Positions 1-12,503 of a stretch of 64,000 nucleotides of DNA are shown here, piece by piece. The notes beneath the pieces are model-generated. The model was not told the origin of the DNA. It worked only from the letters and a program-made list of their open reading frames with translations, and ran no database searches. The position numbers and the translations under genes are program-made. Source of the DNA: Neoechinorhynchus agilis (lineage: Eukaryota > Animalia > Acanthocephala); NCBI GenBank assembly GCA_051530055.1, contig CM121342.1, positions 16,197,480 to 16,261,479 on the forward strand, read 5' to 3'. How positions within the stretch are numbered: position 1 is the first letter of the stretch; each line of letters begins with the position of its first letter.

Positions 1-282
1 TTTCAAAATTCAGCGCCCAAGGTCACCACCCCGGAAGGTATCTGAGGCTCTAGAGGGACGTACAAACCGCTTGAGAGTGTAAGTGATTCAATTACTTGCC
101 TGATGTTAGAGATCGGTGTGGCTGTGTGCCTAAGGCAAAAATCAGAGTAGGGGATGTTCTAAAAACACTTAATTAATATAACCGACTTGCCAAAAGACAT
201 AAAAAAGTGATTTACTCTTCCAGACAATAGTTCAACTTTTATTTTTTAGCATTTTTGATCTAAGACACAGTAGCAAGAACCG

Positions 283-1690
283 TCAGTTGTTAATTTTGCA
301 TTTTTCGATTCCACACGAGGGAGCCGTGCCTATGACGCTGGCCGTATTCCCTCGTTGTATGGCCATGCTGATTTTTTGAATTAGGTATGACCTTTGATTG
401 CGATCACCTGTGGCCTTAATCATGAGTTTCCCCAGCTCGTCGCAGAATTTGAGAGCTGACTCACCGAACGAACCATTCGTTTCCACCCCGAAAGGAAGAT
501 GTGAGACTTGCTCAACTCCAGGTATTTTGTCATCTTCCTCCTTTCACCCGCTGTCGCTGCCCCTCCCGTTATGGACGAAGCATCACTTTGGTTGGAGGGC
601 GCCAGTGAATCGGCACACGTCGCGTCCCAGATGAGGCATTTTCCTTCCATGGAAATATAATCATACCATCGGGACGCTTTCTGTCGGAGCGACATAGGTG
701 ATTTGGTTCCAATACGTTCGGTGCATTCAGTGAGTAGAGGGCTCTGCTGATAATATTATTTATCTCCGCGTGTCTCGCGATTTGTTCGCTGGATATTTTG
801 CAGTGGAGACCATATCGTCTTGACTCATCGACCTCGGCACCACATCTGCATTTGTGAGGCGCACACGACAGCACTCCCAACCTGAAAGCGACGACAATTC
901 TAACCGACTGTAAAGAAATTAATCATTATTGTTTCAATTAGCGATATTCACTCAGAAATAGATTTATATTGAAAATTTTCGGCCTTTTCGTTGGCCTTCT
1001 TCAGTCAGATTGTTTCGCAAGTTTGTCGCGAAACAATCTGACTGAAGAAGGCCAACGAAAAGGCCGAAAATTTTCAATATAAATCTATTTCTGAGTGAAT
1101 ATCGCTAATTGAAATTGAAACCCTAATCGACTGGTCATCGAGGCGTGTTCCGAGAGAAATTATTGGCAGTGCGTTCAGCCAGGCCCCAGACTCTTTCGAA
1201 GAGCTTGCCACTAGTCGTGCTTGAGAAGCCACGTCGAGTTTCCCTTTTAGTGTGTTCTCGACGAGGGTCTTGTCCCAAACCGACTGCTTATGGCTATTCT
1301 CTGGAGCTTTTTCGAAACCTGCCTTGTTGAGCCAGCACGAAATTGTGCCGAATTCGGTGTCGCCGTTATCCATATCCGTCTGGAGTAATATGGCATTGAC
1401 CATTTTTTTAGTACTGTGTACCGACGCGAGGAAAGCAGGGAGAGCGAGTTCTGTTACACTTCGTAGGCCCAATCCTCCATACGCTACTGGAAGTGTTGCT
1501 TGCTACCATGTCTCGTCGGAAAATTGCGTATTAATTACTCTCTGCAGTTGCGTCCTTAACATTGAGTCGAACCGAAGCAACTCAGTGAAATGCTCAAAAT
1601 ATGGGGCCGATCGCAATTTGTAGAGCATTTTCGGAATGTACAGGCAATTCCTCAAAAGGAACAAAGCCTCGTGAAGACATAAGTAGAAAT
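283..1690 (-). mobile_element. CRE-clade (restriction-like endonuclease) non-LTR retrotransposon, 5'-truncated and frameshifted: RT thumb region, CCHC finger and PD-(D/E)xK endonuclease
   Basis: Minus-strand ORF fragments read HEALFLLRNCLYIPKMLYKLRSAP, GLRSVTELALPAFLAS, SGAWLNALP..LGTRLDDQSIR, HKCRCG..RHAEINNII..LEPNHLCRSDRKRPDG, WDAT and ETNGSFG..QKISMAIQRGN. These are the typical C-terminal motifs of CRE-type RLE elements. Confidence 0.88.
932..1114. repeat. Perfect inverted repeat: 87-bp arms (932-1018 / 1028-1114) with a 9-nt loop, inserted in the CRE copy
   Basis: Arm tttcaattagcgatattcactc...gattgtttcgc is the exact reverse complement of gcgaaacaatc...gaatatcgctaattgaaa. Confidence 0.95.
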
Positions 1691-1879
1691 GAAGTATGTT
1701 TATCCGACCTAATAAGCAAACTAAGACCCTATTGTTGAAATGCACATAAAACGGACTCTTATTCGCTTATTTTAATATTTTACATTTTTTATGAATCCGA
1801 CGCTTTCGAGTCCTTTCAACAAGTCGACCATCTTGGATGGCAGAGCCATCGCCGTAATGCTCCTCACGACCCGGATTCT

Positions 1880-4250
1880 CAACTCCGCGCGAAATGCTCC
1901 GAGAAGCTGGAGGACGGCGATCGTGTGCCGTTCGACTTGTAAGCGGAACGGACCGCCTACTCGCGCCGAACAAGGACATCCTCGACTCTTTAAAATTGAA
2001 GCACCTTCCGCGCAGGCGGAGTTGCTTCAAGCCAAATTATGATTCGTCGGGTACAGAGCCCGACCGCGACCCCCTCATACCCATTGCCGACTCCATCGTC
2101 ACTTCCGCTCTGATATCCTTTCCCCCATCGTCAGCTCGAGGGCATGATGATTTGAGCCCTCGACACTTACGGGATTTGATCTGCTTCTCTTCTGGAGCTC
2201 AAGGTACGCGACTGCTGAACGCAATCACCGAGCTCACACGCGTAATCATTCGCGGTCCCGTACCTCCTCCGGTCGCTCGTCTACTCTGCGGTGCCAAGCT
2301 GATCGCTTTCACAAAAACGGTGGAGGGGTTCGTCTGATTGCCGTTGGTTGTACCTTCCGTCGACTGGCATCCAAAGTCGCGTGTCAGTTCGCCACCGATC
2401 GATTGATCGATCAACTGTTGCCGGTTCAATTAGGAGTCGGAGTTCCTGCTGGAGCCGAGGCGGCCGTACATGCAGCAGGAGCGTATAGTCGGAATGGTAT
2501 CCATAAGGGAACGGCTATGGTCATGCTTGACATGGAGAACGCGTTCAAGTCAATATGCCGCACCGCGATGACAGAGGTTGTCCACCAGCACATACCAGAA
2601 ATCTACCAGTACGTGTCCTTGTGCTACGACCATTCCAGCATGCTGCTGTTCGGCGAATTCCAGGTCAAATCAGCAGAGGGCGTTCAACAAGGTAATCCTT
2701 TAGGTCCTCTGCTGTTCTCATTGACGATCAATCATCTTGCACACAGCTCTTTGTCAGAGTTGTCGATGTGGTACCTCGACGACTGTTGCATCGGAGGGAA
2801 AAACGACCAACTCATCGGCGACATCAACAACATCTCCTAAATGGGTGCCGATATCGGACTATTCCTGAGAACGGACAAATGCGAAATAATTTCGGACGAC
2901 CAAGAGGATGCACCAAGACTGCTCACCGTACTACCCGGAGCAAAGACAACTGCAATCGACTCAGCTGACATTCTCGGGTCTCCAATCGGTAACCTGTCCA
3001 ACCTGGAAACGTTCCTCTCAAAAGCCATCGATCAATTTCGGCTCACTGCCTCCAGGCTCTTGCACATCACGCGACACGACGCCCTGTTCATACTAGGACG
3101 ATGTCTGTCGCTACCGAAGATTGCGTACCTTCCATGGACTTCTCCATGCTTCAAGTCAGTACTCACAAGGGATTTCGACAACTGCGTTCGATCAACCCTG
3201 TCAGAAGTCCCTAACCTACGACTGTGCGACACAGCATGGAAACAGGCGATCCTTCCCATTCGATTCGGCGGTCTTGGCATCCAGAATGCCACCGAAATAG
3301 CAATTCCTGCCTTTTCGTCATCGATTTCGGTCTCTTCAAACCTGGTGCTGAGAATCATCCCACCACACACTCGACTAGAGTCACATCCACCACTTGAACT
3401 GATTGAAGCGCACGCTCAATGGACATCAATGTTCGGGCAGGTCGTTCCAACGAAAACAATCTCCCAAAAACTTTGGACTACCTTGCTCCACGCTGCATAT
3501 TATCAGCAGCTTCTCAACTCATGCTCATCTCCGACCGATAGTGCTCCTCTCCTGGCAGTCTCAGCTCCACACTCCAACGACTTCTTGAAGGCTTTCCCGA
3601 TCACGGCTGACCGTCGCTGTGGGATTTCGGTTGGGCATCGATTTCTCAGGCTCATATACATGTCGGTGCGATGAGACAGTGAACTGGTCGGGAATTAACG
3701 GCCTTGACTGCAAGCGTTCATATGCTCGCCACGCACAGCACTCAGCAGTCAACCGCATAGTCAAGGAAGCCCTCTCAACGGCCGGTTTTCCCGCTCGACC
3801 CGAATCAGTCGGACTCTCCCGAAACGATGGTAAACACCCTGATGGAGCGACTCTCCTCCCATGGTGCTCCGGGAAAATACTGGTTTGGGATTTTACCTGC
3901 CCCAACACGCTCGCAGCATCCCACTTACGGGATGCCGCCTCAAAAGCGGGAGCAGTCGCGAGCTTTAGCGAGGAAAAAAAGCGGCAGAAGTATTCCTCGC
4001 TCGATGGGCATCAATATATGTTCATCCCGATTGCGGTGGAAACACTGGGATGCCTCGGAAAAGAAGCCGATTATTTTTTCTCCTGACTGGGAAAGATGCT
4101 GAAATTTGCCACCGGCGATATGCGCTCCAGCAGCTTCCTGCTGCAGCGAATCAGCGCGGCGATCCAATGCGGCAATGCCGCGGCCATCAAGGAAGCTGCG
4201 GAACAATCATAACGTATGGTATTGCGGATTTGATATGACTGCGAAATAAA
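1880..4250 (+). mobile_element. CRE-clade non-LTR retrotransposon, second subfamily: RT plus RLE, lacking the N-terminus, with frameshifts and stops
   Basis: Motifs KLEDGD..AVRLVS, KHLP, DMENAF, SAEGVQQGNPLGPLLFSL, WYLDD, RFGGLGI, CRC..HSAVNRIV..DGKHPDG..VWDFTC, EEKKRQKY, FIPIAVETLG and QRISAAIQCGNA, spread over ORFs 1894-2337, 2403-2840, 2841-3674 and 3619-4086. Confidence 0.92.
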
Positions 4251-4764
4251 TTTTTTATGATAACTTGTTTATTCTTGAGATATTAAAGGTGAAAAGTTGC
4301 ACTTATCTATTTATCAGTCATATTTTGAGGGTTTCGGTTTCTCCCTCTGTTTTGTTTGAAAGTCGCTTAAAAGGAGTCAACGACCTGACGCAACGGTCTT
4401 TGATTTTTTCAATCATGGAAATCAGTTAGTTTCCAATGTCCACTTTAAAGTTATCCGATACCTCTCGTAGAATCTCTCCATCGCCAGTAATTTAACATTA
4501 TTACCATTATTCCCCTTAAATTGTGCGGTTGACCAGTTTTCATCGAGCTTCCCTAAGAACGGTGTAGTCGCAGAATATTTGTTTGTAAAAATAGATTGAG
4601 ATTGCCGCCGCAGTAAGCGCATTTGGGATTGCAGATATTACACTATTATTTAGGTGCCGGACCTATTTTTATGTCCCCATTCACAGCATTTTTTGAGCAT
4701 TTCTACTGGTGCCAGATTCCCATATCGATCTTCGCAAAGAATAGCGTTGTGATGGAGATACATT

Positions 4765-5275
4765 AATAATAACACGTTTTATTTGTTAATGCACAAAGAA
4801 GAGGACCCATGTACCTTTGGATGATCATAAACACTTGAGCTCTGATTGGATAAATGAATCTGACTATTGATTTTGAAGTGGATTACGAGTCCATGAGTGT
4901 TTGTAAGGTTGGTCTTTCCTCAGGTTCATTTCAAGTTATGATACCCGAAAGGATTAGGCAGTACGGTAAAGGAGATTAGGTATAGGGAGGTGCGAGGTTG
5001 AGGGGTGAAAAGGTGGCGATATGTGGAAAAAATTGTGGTGGAAGGGTTGACAGGCGTTTTGTTTGTTTTATGAAAATAGTATCAGGGCATTCGGTGGGAG
5101 GGAGGTGAGACATTTCAAGACAACGGATTTTGATAGGTTGCAAAAGACGGGATAACCAACCGTAGGTGAGGAAGGGTAAACTAAAGTTGTGCCTATATTT
5201 CCAAGTCAATAAGTTCCAATTCGTCAAGTCATTCTTAAACGTAAGGAAAGACCCCACCAAAGCCAATTCGAGCAT
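4765..5275 (-). mobile_element. 3' end of a CR1/L2-like LINE, inverted relative to the copy at 5345-7486
   Basis: Reverse complement of 4765-4834 matches 7417-7486 (ccaaaggtacatgggtcctcttctttgtgc...aacgtgttattatt). Reverse complement of ~5140-5190 (ctttagtttacccttcctcacctacgg) matches ~7370-7400. Confidence 0.7.
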
Positions 5276-5344
5276 TTTTCAGAAATTTAAGTGCGCTCTT
5301 TCAACCACGATACGCAAAATTGCCTTTTACTCGATTAAATCTGT

Positions 5345-7486
5345 CGTCATCCGTCCCGATTTCTCGAAATCAAAAATTCCCCTCCCCGCCGTTTTCTACT
5401 CCAATACTCGTAGCCTCCTTCCTAAACTAGATGATATTTCACTCATTTCATCTACCTCAAAAACCAACGTAGTAATCCTAACAGGAACATCGCAGTCCAT
5501 TTCATAGCTTCTCTGAGAAACGGCCTTGGAGAATTCACCATTGTTGGCGTCTCTCGCCCTCCGGCTTCTCGTCCTGAGTCCTTGCTCCAAATTGACTCTA
5601 TGATAGAGCTTTAAATTCCACAAATTCACACCATTTCCTAATTGAAGGGGACTTCAATAATCTATTTCCTCTTCTACCCTTCTCCGAGTCGCATCAACTT
5701 ATTGACTTCGCAACTCGTCTTGACGCTCACCTTGACAAAGTGTTCACAAATATCGACGCTTACACATCCGCTTCTAAATTCTTTCCCCCTCGCGAACTTT
5801 GACCATTCTTCTGCCCTTATTACTCCCTCCACCCCACGTCAGCGTATAAAATCTCCCCGTTTACCCGTCTGGGATAAACATGATCATGACATCTTCAATT
5901 TTGTAAAATTGTTCAGCTCTAACATCCGCACATTCCACTCTGACAACACAAATGATCCTTCCTTGACCATGTCCTCAGTAACCTCAATCATAAAAAATTC
6001 ACTAACTTCGAAAATTCCCAAGAAATTCATTAGGATCTCCAACCGTGACCTTCCATGGATACTTCTACAAAGGCAAGCTTCTAAGGCCCATCGCAATAAC
6101 TCCCCAGACTCTTCCCGTTTTCAAAAGGTACTTACTAATAAAATACTTATCGCCCGCAAAAACTTCCTTTCCTCTAAAATTCGATCAGATGGCAACTGAA
6201 CATGGTGGCAGGCCGTCAAGGACTCTCTTGGTCAACGCCATCCGGATCCCTTCCCTAATTTGCCCCCCACTGAATTAAAAAAGGTTATAGATTCCATTAA
6301 TCAGAACCTCTGCCAGGACTCAATTTACAATCACTGCTCAACATCAGTCTCCACACAATCTTTCACACCCACAGCTGGAACTTTTGTCAACTCACCAAAA
6401 CTCCCCTCAGTCTCGTCATACGAAGTACTCCAGTATCTCATGAAATTACCTCAAAATCCATCCTCTCAATCGAAAATCCCAAACTGAGCTCTTCGCTGCA
6501 TATTCCCCGAACTCATCGACCCTCTTACCCTCATTACAAATCACAGCTTTTTATATGGACTGCTAAAGTTATCCTTGTTCCAAAAAAGGGCATCCTATTT
6601 CGGCCGAATCACTCCGTCCAATATCTATTCTACCCGCTTTCAAAAATCATCGAAAAAGTGTTTTAAATCTCGCCTGATTTCACTTCTCTACGAAAAGTTA
6701 TCGCCCCTACAATTTGGCTTCTGGCTCAGATTTTCTGCAACCGATGCCCTACCTTGCATTTATGACACGCTCCTACGTAACCTCGACAATAATGTCCCCC
6801 ACGTCACCCGTCTCATTCAACTTGATTTATTTAAAGCATTCTACTCAGTGGACCATTCACTCCTTCTCCGAGCCTGCTCCGATTTTGGTATCAACTTGTG
6901 GCATATCCGCTGGCTCAAATCTTATCTTCACAATCGCATACAATACAATCACTGTCGTTATACCTCTCCTATTAGCCTATCCCTCTCCAAAGGCGTACCT
7001 CAAGGTGCTGTGCTGTCACCATTTCTGTTTGATATTTTCCTAAACGACCTTAAACCTCTCTCCCGGCAATGTCACCCTCATGACCCATTCACCACCCCAC
7101 CTCTCCCTTTCCTTAACCTCTAACGAAATCACACGCATAAAAGATTTCTGCACCAATCACAAACTCCACCCGAATTTCTCTAAATGAGCTTCTAAATGAC
7201 ATCTTACGAGTAACCTCCCTAAGAATTCTGGGTCTCCGATTTCAATCAAATTTTAAATGGGACTCACACATTACACTTTCCCTCAAATGCAATAACTTTA
7301 AAGTTAATCTCCTAAAACGCCTCCGATATTTAGGAATCCCTTCACCCGAACTCTCCAAATTTTACTTCTGCTTTATTTTACCCTCCCGCACCTACGGTTA
7401 ACCCGTATTTTGCAACGTGTTTACGAAGACCCAAAGGTACATGGGTCCTCTTCTTTGTGCATAAAAAATAGAACGTGTTATTATTA
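5345..7486 (+). mobile_element. CR1/L2-like LINE ORF2 (APE endonuclease plus RT), degraded, with 3' UTR ending in a (tta)n tail
   Basis: Motifs FYSNTRSLLPKLDDI, SRPP, GDFN, LDKVFTN, DHS, SPLQFGF, QLDLFKAFYSVDHSLL, GVPQGAVLSPFLFDIFLNDL and LKRLRYLG..LSKFYFCFILP. Confidence 0.85.
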
Positions 7487-7702
7487 TAAACCAGCCGCGT
7501 ATATGCGAAATAAATAGCAGCATTCCATCAGTTATTATTACATTCCGTCCTGAGGCGATCCAGCTGAAATTGAATGGGGTTTTTCGAATTTTTAAACCAA
7601 AAAAATGTTTGAAGATTGAGTTATTCATGTTTTTGTGTGGCGGAAAAATTAAAATCCATAATAAACATGTGCTAGATTGCGCCTTGTCGAAAACACTCGG
7701 AA

Positions 7703-8166
7703 TTAATCAATTCTTTGAATCTTTTCGCCATATAAAAACACAAATCAAAAAAACCAAACTCCTACCAGTGATTCGTTTCGTCTAAATAGTAAATTTACGT
7801 CGGTCTCACGTATAGTTGACCTTTTTGCGTGCCTAAATGCGTTTTTAGCCGATTATTCGAATTTTAAGACTTTTGTACTTGGCAAACAATGCAAGGTCTT
7901 TAATGTGCACATCCATCACCTCAATTACAATCTCCGCTAAAGTAGATACGTATTTTGCAGTCGGCTGACAGTTCACTTCAACATTGGCTTCATCGACTTG
8001 TCCTCGAAGCATTGGTAACTTCGCATTCACTGCTTCGGTGAGAATGTTCCCAAGTTGCCGGTGTAACACAGCCCTAAGACGCTTTTTTGTTAAGTTTGTT
8101 GAAATATTACCAAAAAGGAGCTTTTGTTACCTCAAACACCCCGATATCGACCTCCTTAGTCATCAT
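7703..8166 (-). CDS. CENPS: Centromere protein S / MHF1 histone-fold protein (4 exons)
   Basis: Manual splicing across GT-AG introns of 49 and 46 nt gives MMTKEVDIGVFERLRAVLHRQLGNILTEAV...LAEIVIEVMDVHIKDLALFAKHAKRSTIRETDVNLLFRRNESL, matching the CENP-S signature KDLEMFARHAKRTTI..DV.LL.RR. The last exon is uncertain. Confidence 0.88.
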
Positions 8167-9037
8167 TCTAAATTGCTCGCCAGGCAGTAGGATTTAAAAA
8201 CACTATCAATATTGAATTCTTCCGTCTAAAAATTACGTTAGCCGAATCGATGACGTTGGTGAAAAATTTAGTCTTTAAATAGTTTACATTAAACTTTTAA
8301 TTCTTAAGAAGTTACTCACATACATAGGTTTTTTTTGGTGATCAGAAAAATGGAGATTTATTCTCAATATTTCGTCTGTTTCGTCGGACTTTATAGCCAA
8401 AAAATAAACATTTTATAGTTTTCCCCTTCAATCGATTCCAGGACAGTTAAAAAAATCGGGTAAGCAAACTAGATAAAGGGGCAAGTGCAAATGGCAGCCT
8501 GTGTAGTATTAAACTTTTTGGGCACACCGATCAATGTATATACTTTTGGTGAACATACACCCGGTCATAAACTATTTGATTTATTGGAAATATTTCGAAA
8601 GACGTAACCTCACCTTATCAGTCATCGATATGTGAAGTATCGGGGATAATTGACTTTTTGAATTTTTTTGTTATTTTGGTCTACGTTTTTAGTAATATTT
8701 CGAAGCGTCTTAATTAGAAACAAGTGTAAACGAAAGCAACACCTTGATGTTTCGAAAGCTCAACTCTTCTTGTCCAATGCTAGATTATGGATATTCGATT
8801 ATGACTGTCCGTAATCATGACCAAAGCCGCTTTAATCAAGAGAATCAGCTTCCACGAATTTTGCTCTGGCCTCTCGTTCTTGTTCCTTAAAAACGTTTGG
8901 ATCTCCCTGACATTACGGTCGAATCGTTTAAAATTATAGGATTTTATGTGAGTCTTCGTTTCCTTTCACTGGAACGCACTTTGGTTCTTCGTATTAATTG
9001 GTTTTGCTCTTTGATTTATTCGCACATATTTGCAGAT

Positions 9038-12000
9038 GTTTCCTTCTGCTAGAAACATCGATGAATTTGGAGAAGATGAACGCGATCGTCGATGCTCACC
9101 TCAGTATTGTAAGTACGATGGCAAAACGGAAGAGCAAAGGTCCCAGCTAGTTCCAGAGACTGCGAGACTTTTGTCAGCGCGTAAACGTCCAGATTTCTGG
9201 ATTGATCGGAAGCCATCAGAGCCGGTCTGTTCGCGCATTGCTGATCGCAAGTTTAAAAAGGCGAAGAAATCAGTACTTGAACGACGATACTTTGATAGAA
9301 AAGTGGTCAAATTAAACTTTGAACAGGAATTCGAAAATATTTTACATCAGTACTCGGATTGCTACGAAAAGGAACTAGAAAGTGATAGCGATTGCGTTGA
9401 TACGTGGATTGATCTTGTACGCCTGGTTTGTGGATGACTTTTTTGGTAATGTTTTTGTTTCAGAATTAGCTCTTTTTTTGTCATAACAAACACTATTTAT
9501 TCGATCGTTTAGCACTTAATTTTTGCTTCTAAACTAATATTTAGCCATTTGTACTCGTTTTACTGGTTAATCTAAGATTTGAAACTCAGAAAAAGTTCCT
9601 TTACGCTCGTTTTAACACAAACCTGACTTGGAGTCGATTCGATCAGCGATTAACGCGTGTAAGATTCTATTTCCTTCGGAAAAGGATTCTCACCGGATAT
9701 CATACAAAAATGCGTTAGAGAATGTGATTCGTCGAGCCCGGACATGCCATCCATTAGACCGCCGACTGCTCGAAATCGACATAAAACTCCGATTATGTTA
9801 CGATCTACAAAACTCATCACTCGAAGATATTGGCTTACAATTGCGCTCATTATTGAACAAACATCAGTTTGATTTGGATCTTTGGGGAACATATATCCGC
9901 CTCTTGTGCCATAGTTCGTCTCATAGCGTAAATCAATGCTCCGTTGCCTTTTCGGATTGCTTGAATACAATAGAAATTATGATGGATGACGGTCCTGAGA
10001 GCAGGCTTGACATGTATCAAGATCATTTCGTTCACGTTATTATCGATTACTCATTGTTTCTTCATTCAAGTGGCCATACGGAGTTGGCTTTATCCATTCT
10101 TCAATGTCTCCTTGACTTTAACTTGTTTCGGCCTGTAGCCGATTTGACGATGTTCGAGTTGGTCAATAAATACCGAGAATTTTGGAATTCCAAGCGATTT
10201 CGTTTGGGCGATGATGGATATAGCGTCTGGTTCAGACAGTCAAACTCAGCAGGACCGAATGATGATCCTTCGGGACATGTTACACCGTTTGATTTTGAAT
10301 CGGATCGTGGATCCCTCTGGCTTCAAATGGAAACTAAACGGGAAGACGAATGTTATTTTGCTTTTAATGGTGATGGAGAAAACCTTGAGGACGACGAACG
10401 ACTCGTTCGGTTTGATCGAATACGGTTCCTTCTCTTTAATCCATCTGTACGTCATCAACTTTGCTTGAAGTTAATACTGGCAATGATGCTCTGCCTTGGT
10501 CAAATGGCATTAAATTGTGGCGGGGTTTACTTCAATGAGGAAAAGAGCAAAAATTTGCGTAAAATTCATTGGTTACTTGCCACCGCTTTCCGGCATGCAT
10601 TTAGGCCAATGATAATTTTTTTGAAAAATTTCATCATCCTGTGCTGGCAAGCATCATTGGTTTGTTGCTATATTTTACTTGTGTTGGAAATATGTCTTAA
10701 ATCGAATGTAGTATAGTTGCTATGTTGGACATCCGATTCGTTCTATATTATAAGATGATGACAGTTTCTGTATGCTTAAAACTTTAACTCGCCTCGGAAT
10801 AATTTCTGTAGATTCGAAGACATTGGGTAAATCCTGCCAAAATCTCGTCCACTTTAATTTCAATCGCCAACCGATTTCCTGAGCTTAACAGTATTCTCAT
10901 TAAGTCCGATCAAAACATAATATGCCAATATCTGATCAATCCACATCGATCCGAACGCAAGACGAGATTTGCATGCAATCTGCTTCGAACAATAATTGAT
11001 GAAGAGAGCTCGTCGTCAATAATGGTTCATTCTGTGATACAAATTTTTCTCTTTTTAAACTCAATTCATCACTCTGTTCCTCCGCGGCAACTCAGCGAAA
11101 TGGTTAAAAAAGATGACATTGATTCAATGGCAATAATTGCTGTCTGTATCAGCAAACGACTCGATTCGTTACCGGCAATATGCGAAATCTCTCGAACCGC
11201 TGACCTAAAACGACGAGCTAAATTCTGCTTGGACGTAGCCAATCTTCTCATAATCAATAGATGCGATCTTCTCATTGATCGTCTTCGTCAAATTATTTCT
11301 GCATTGTTCAATTCGGGCGAAATTAAGTCAATTCTTCTAACAAATGACGATCTCTGTTTCCATGAACTCAGAATCTTGATTTCTGTTGTCTCATCACACA
11401 ATGAATCCGTCGCTGAATCTTTTAAATCCATAGCAGTTCGCAATAACTGGTTCGATTGGTATATCCGATACGCAGACCTCGCAGTCAGATCTAATCGACT
11501 ATCCCGCGGAGAGTTCGAGCATTTAATGACATCGGCTATGATGCCATTCGAAGCGAGCTTTGAAGCGATGGTAATCATGGCCACAAACTGGAGGAAGATA
11601 TGTATTGGGCATCCGGAGTTAACTTGGATTTACTGGATATATGAGCTTTCCAGCGAAAATGCGCGTGCACTAAATGCTATTCGAGACGGTAAGTGTAATT
11701 CATTTTTCATTAATTGTAATTTGAGTACTTTTGCACTTAGCTAACCAAGCTTTGGATAAACGTCATTTGGTTTTAGTTGATTCTAAGATCTACTGTCGCC
11801 GACTTGTGGCGTATTTCAAAAAAGCATTCACGTTCCATCCTCACAATCCTGTTTTTCATCGACTCTAAGACTATGCTGAATCCGTGCATTTTAGTTAGAA
11901 TTTAAAATAATCTTCGTAGTTAATGAAGGCAAAGATCGCAGTTTTGTTCACCGTATCTTGTTAGCATTTCCTCTGATTCGAGGTTTTTGAAGATAATGCT

Positions 12001-12503
12001 TCTACTGCTTTATACCGTTTATTTTTTTCTGCTTCGGTATTTTTTCTCTTCATTAAGTCGGAATATTAGGTTTTATAAGCTTAAATCACCAACTCTGTAG
12101 ATCACCAATATTTAGTGGTCATAATCAGATTTATATTTTCACTCAAATTTTGTTTCGATTGATATTATTTTTGAATCCATGAATGCTCGCACGAATTCAA
12201 CATTATACATGACACTATGTCACTTCCACTTTCGTTCGATTAAAGGGATGGTCGAAGAAGCCATTGTAAATGCAACGAACTATTGTCCTATGAATAAGGT
12301 ACGAAATATTGGATTTCATATGTTTATTATTTCTATATTTACAGGCTCTATATAAAGATTGCTTAGCTTACCAATTAAACAATGAAAAGTCTTCAGAAGA
12401 GCGATCTCTGATTCTTAATCGATCTGTTAAAATGATGGAAGCTAAAGGTTTAAGGATTCGTCTGTACCTCTTAGAATTCGAGCTATTACTTCAACTTAAA
12501 TAA
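9038..12503 (+). CDS. NRDE2: NRDE2 nuclear exosome/RNAi regulator (multi-exon)
   Basis: Starts MFPSA. The NRDE-2 domain reads LWGTYI, DYSLFLHSSGHTELALSILQCLLDFNLFRP, FWNSKRFRLGDDG and EDDERLVRFDRI. The C-terminus reads YCPMNK|ALYKD and MEAKGLRIR..LEFELLL. Confidence 0.9.

Noticed and set aside
1-84. Exon ending at gtaagt (79-84) at the window start
   Set aside because: It is too short and truncated to assign, and no motif was recognised.
398-4238. Numerous overlapping or antisense ORFs in the CRE region (e.g. 1252-1623, 3032-3370, 3561-3908)
   Set aside because: They are shadow frames of GC-richer retrotransposon coding sequence.
180-4320. Telomeric or microsatellite target sites flanking the CRE and Penelope elements
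   Set aside because: No tandem telomere-like or microsatellite runs were seen at the element ends.
4765-7486. DNA transposon with 70-bp terminal inverted repeats carrying a LINE
   Set aside because: The repeat is the LINE family's own 3' UTR. It recurs after RT C-terminal sequence at ~42630-42690, and homology extends inward into RT coding sequence.
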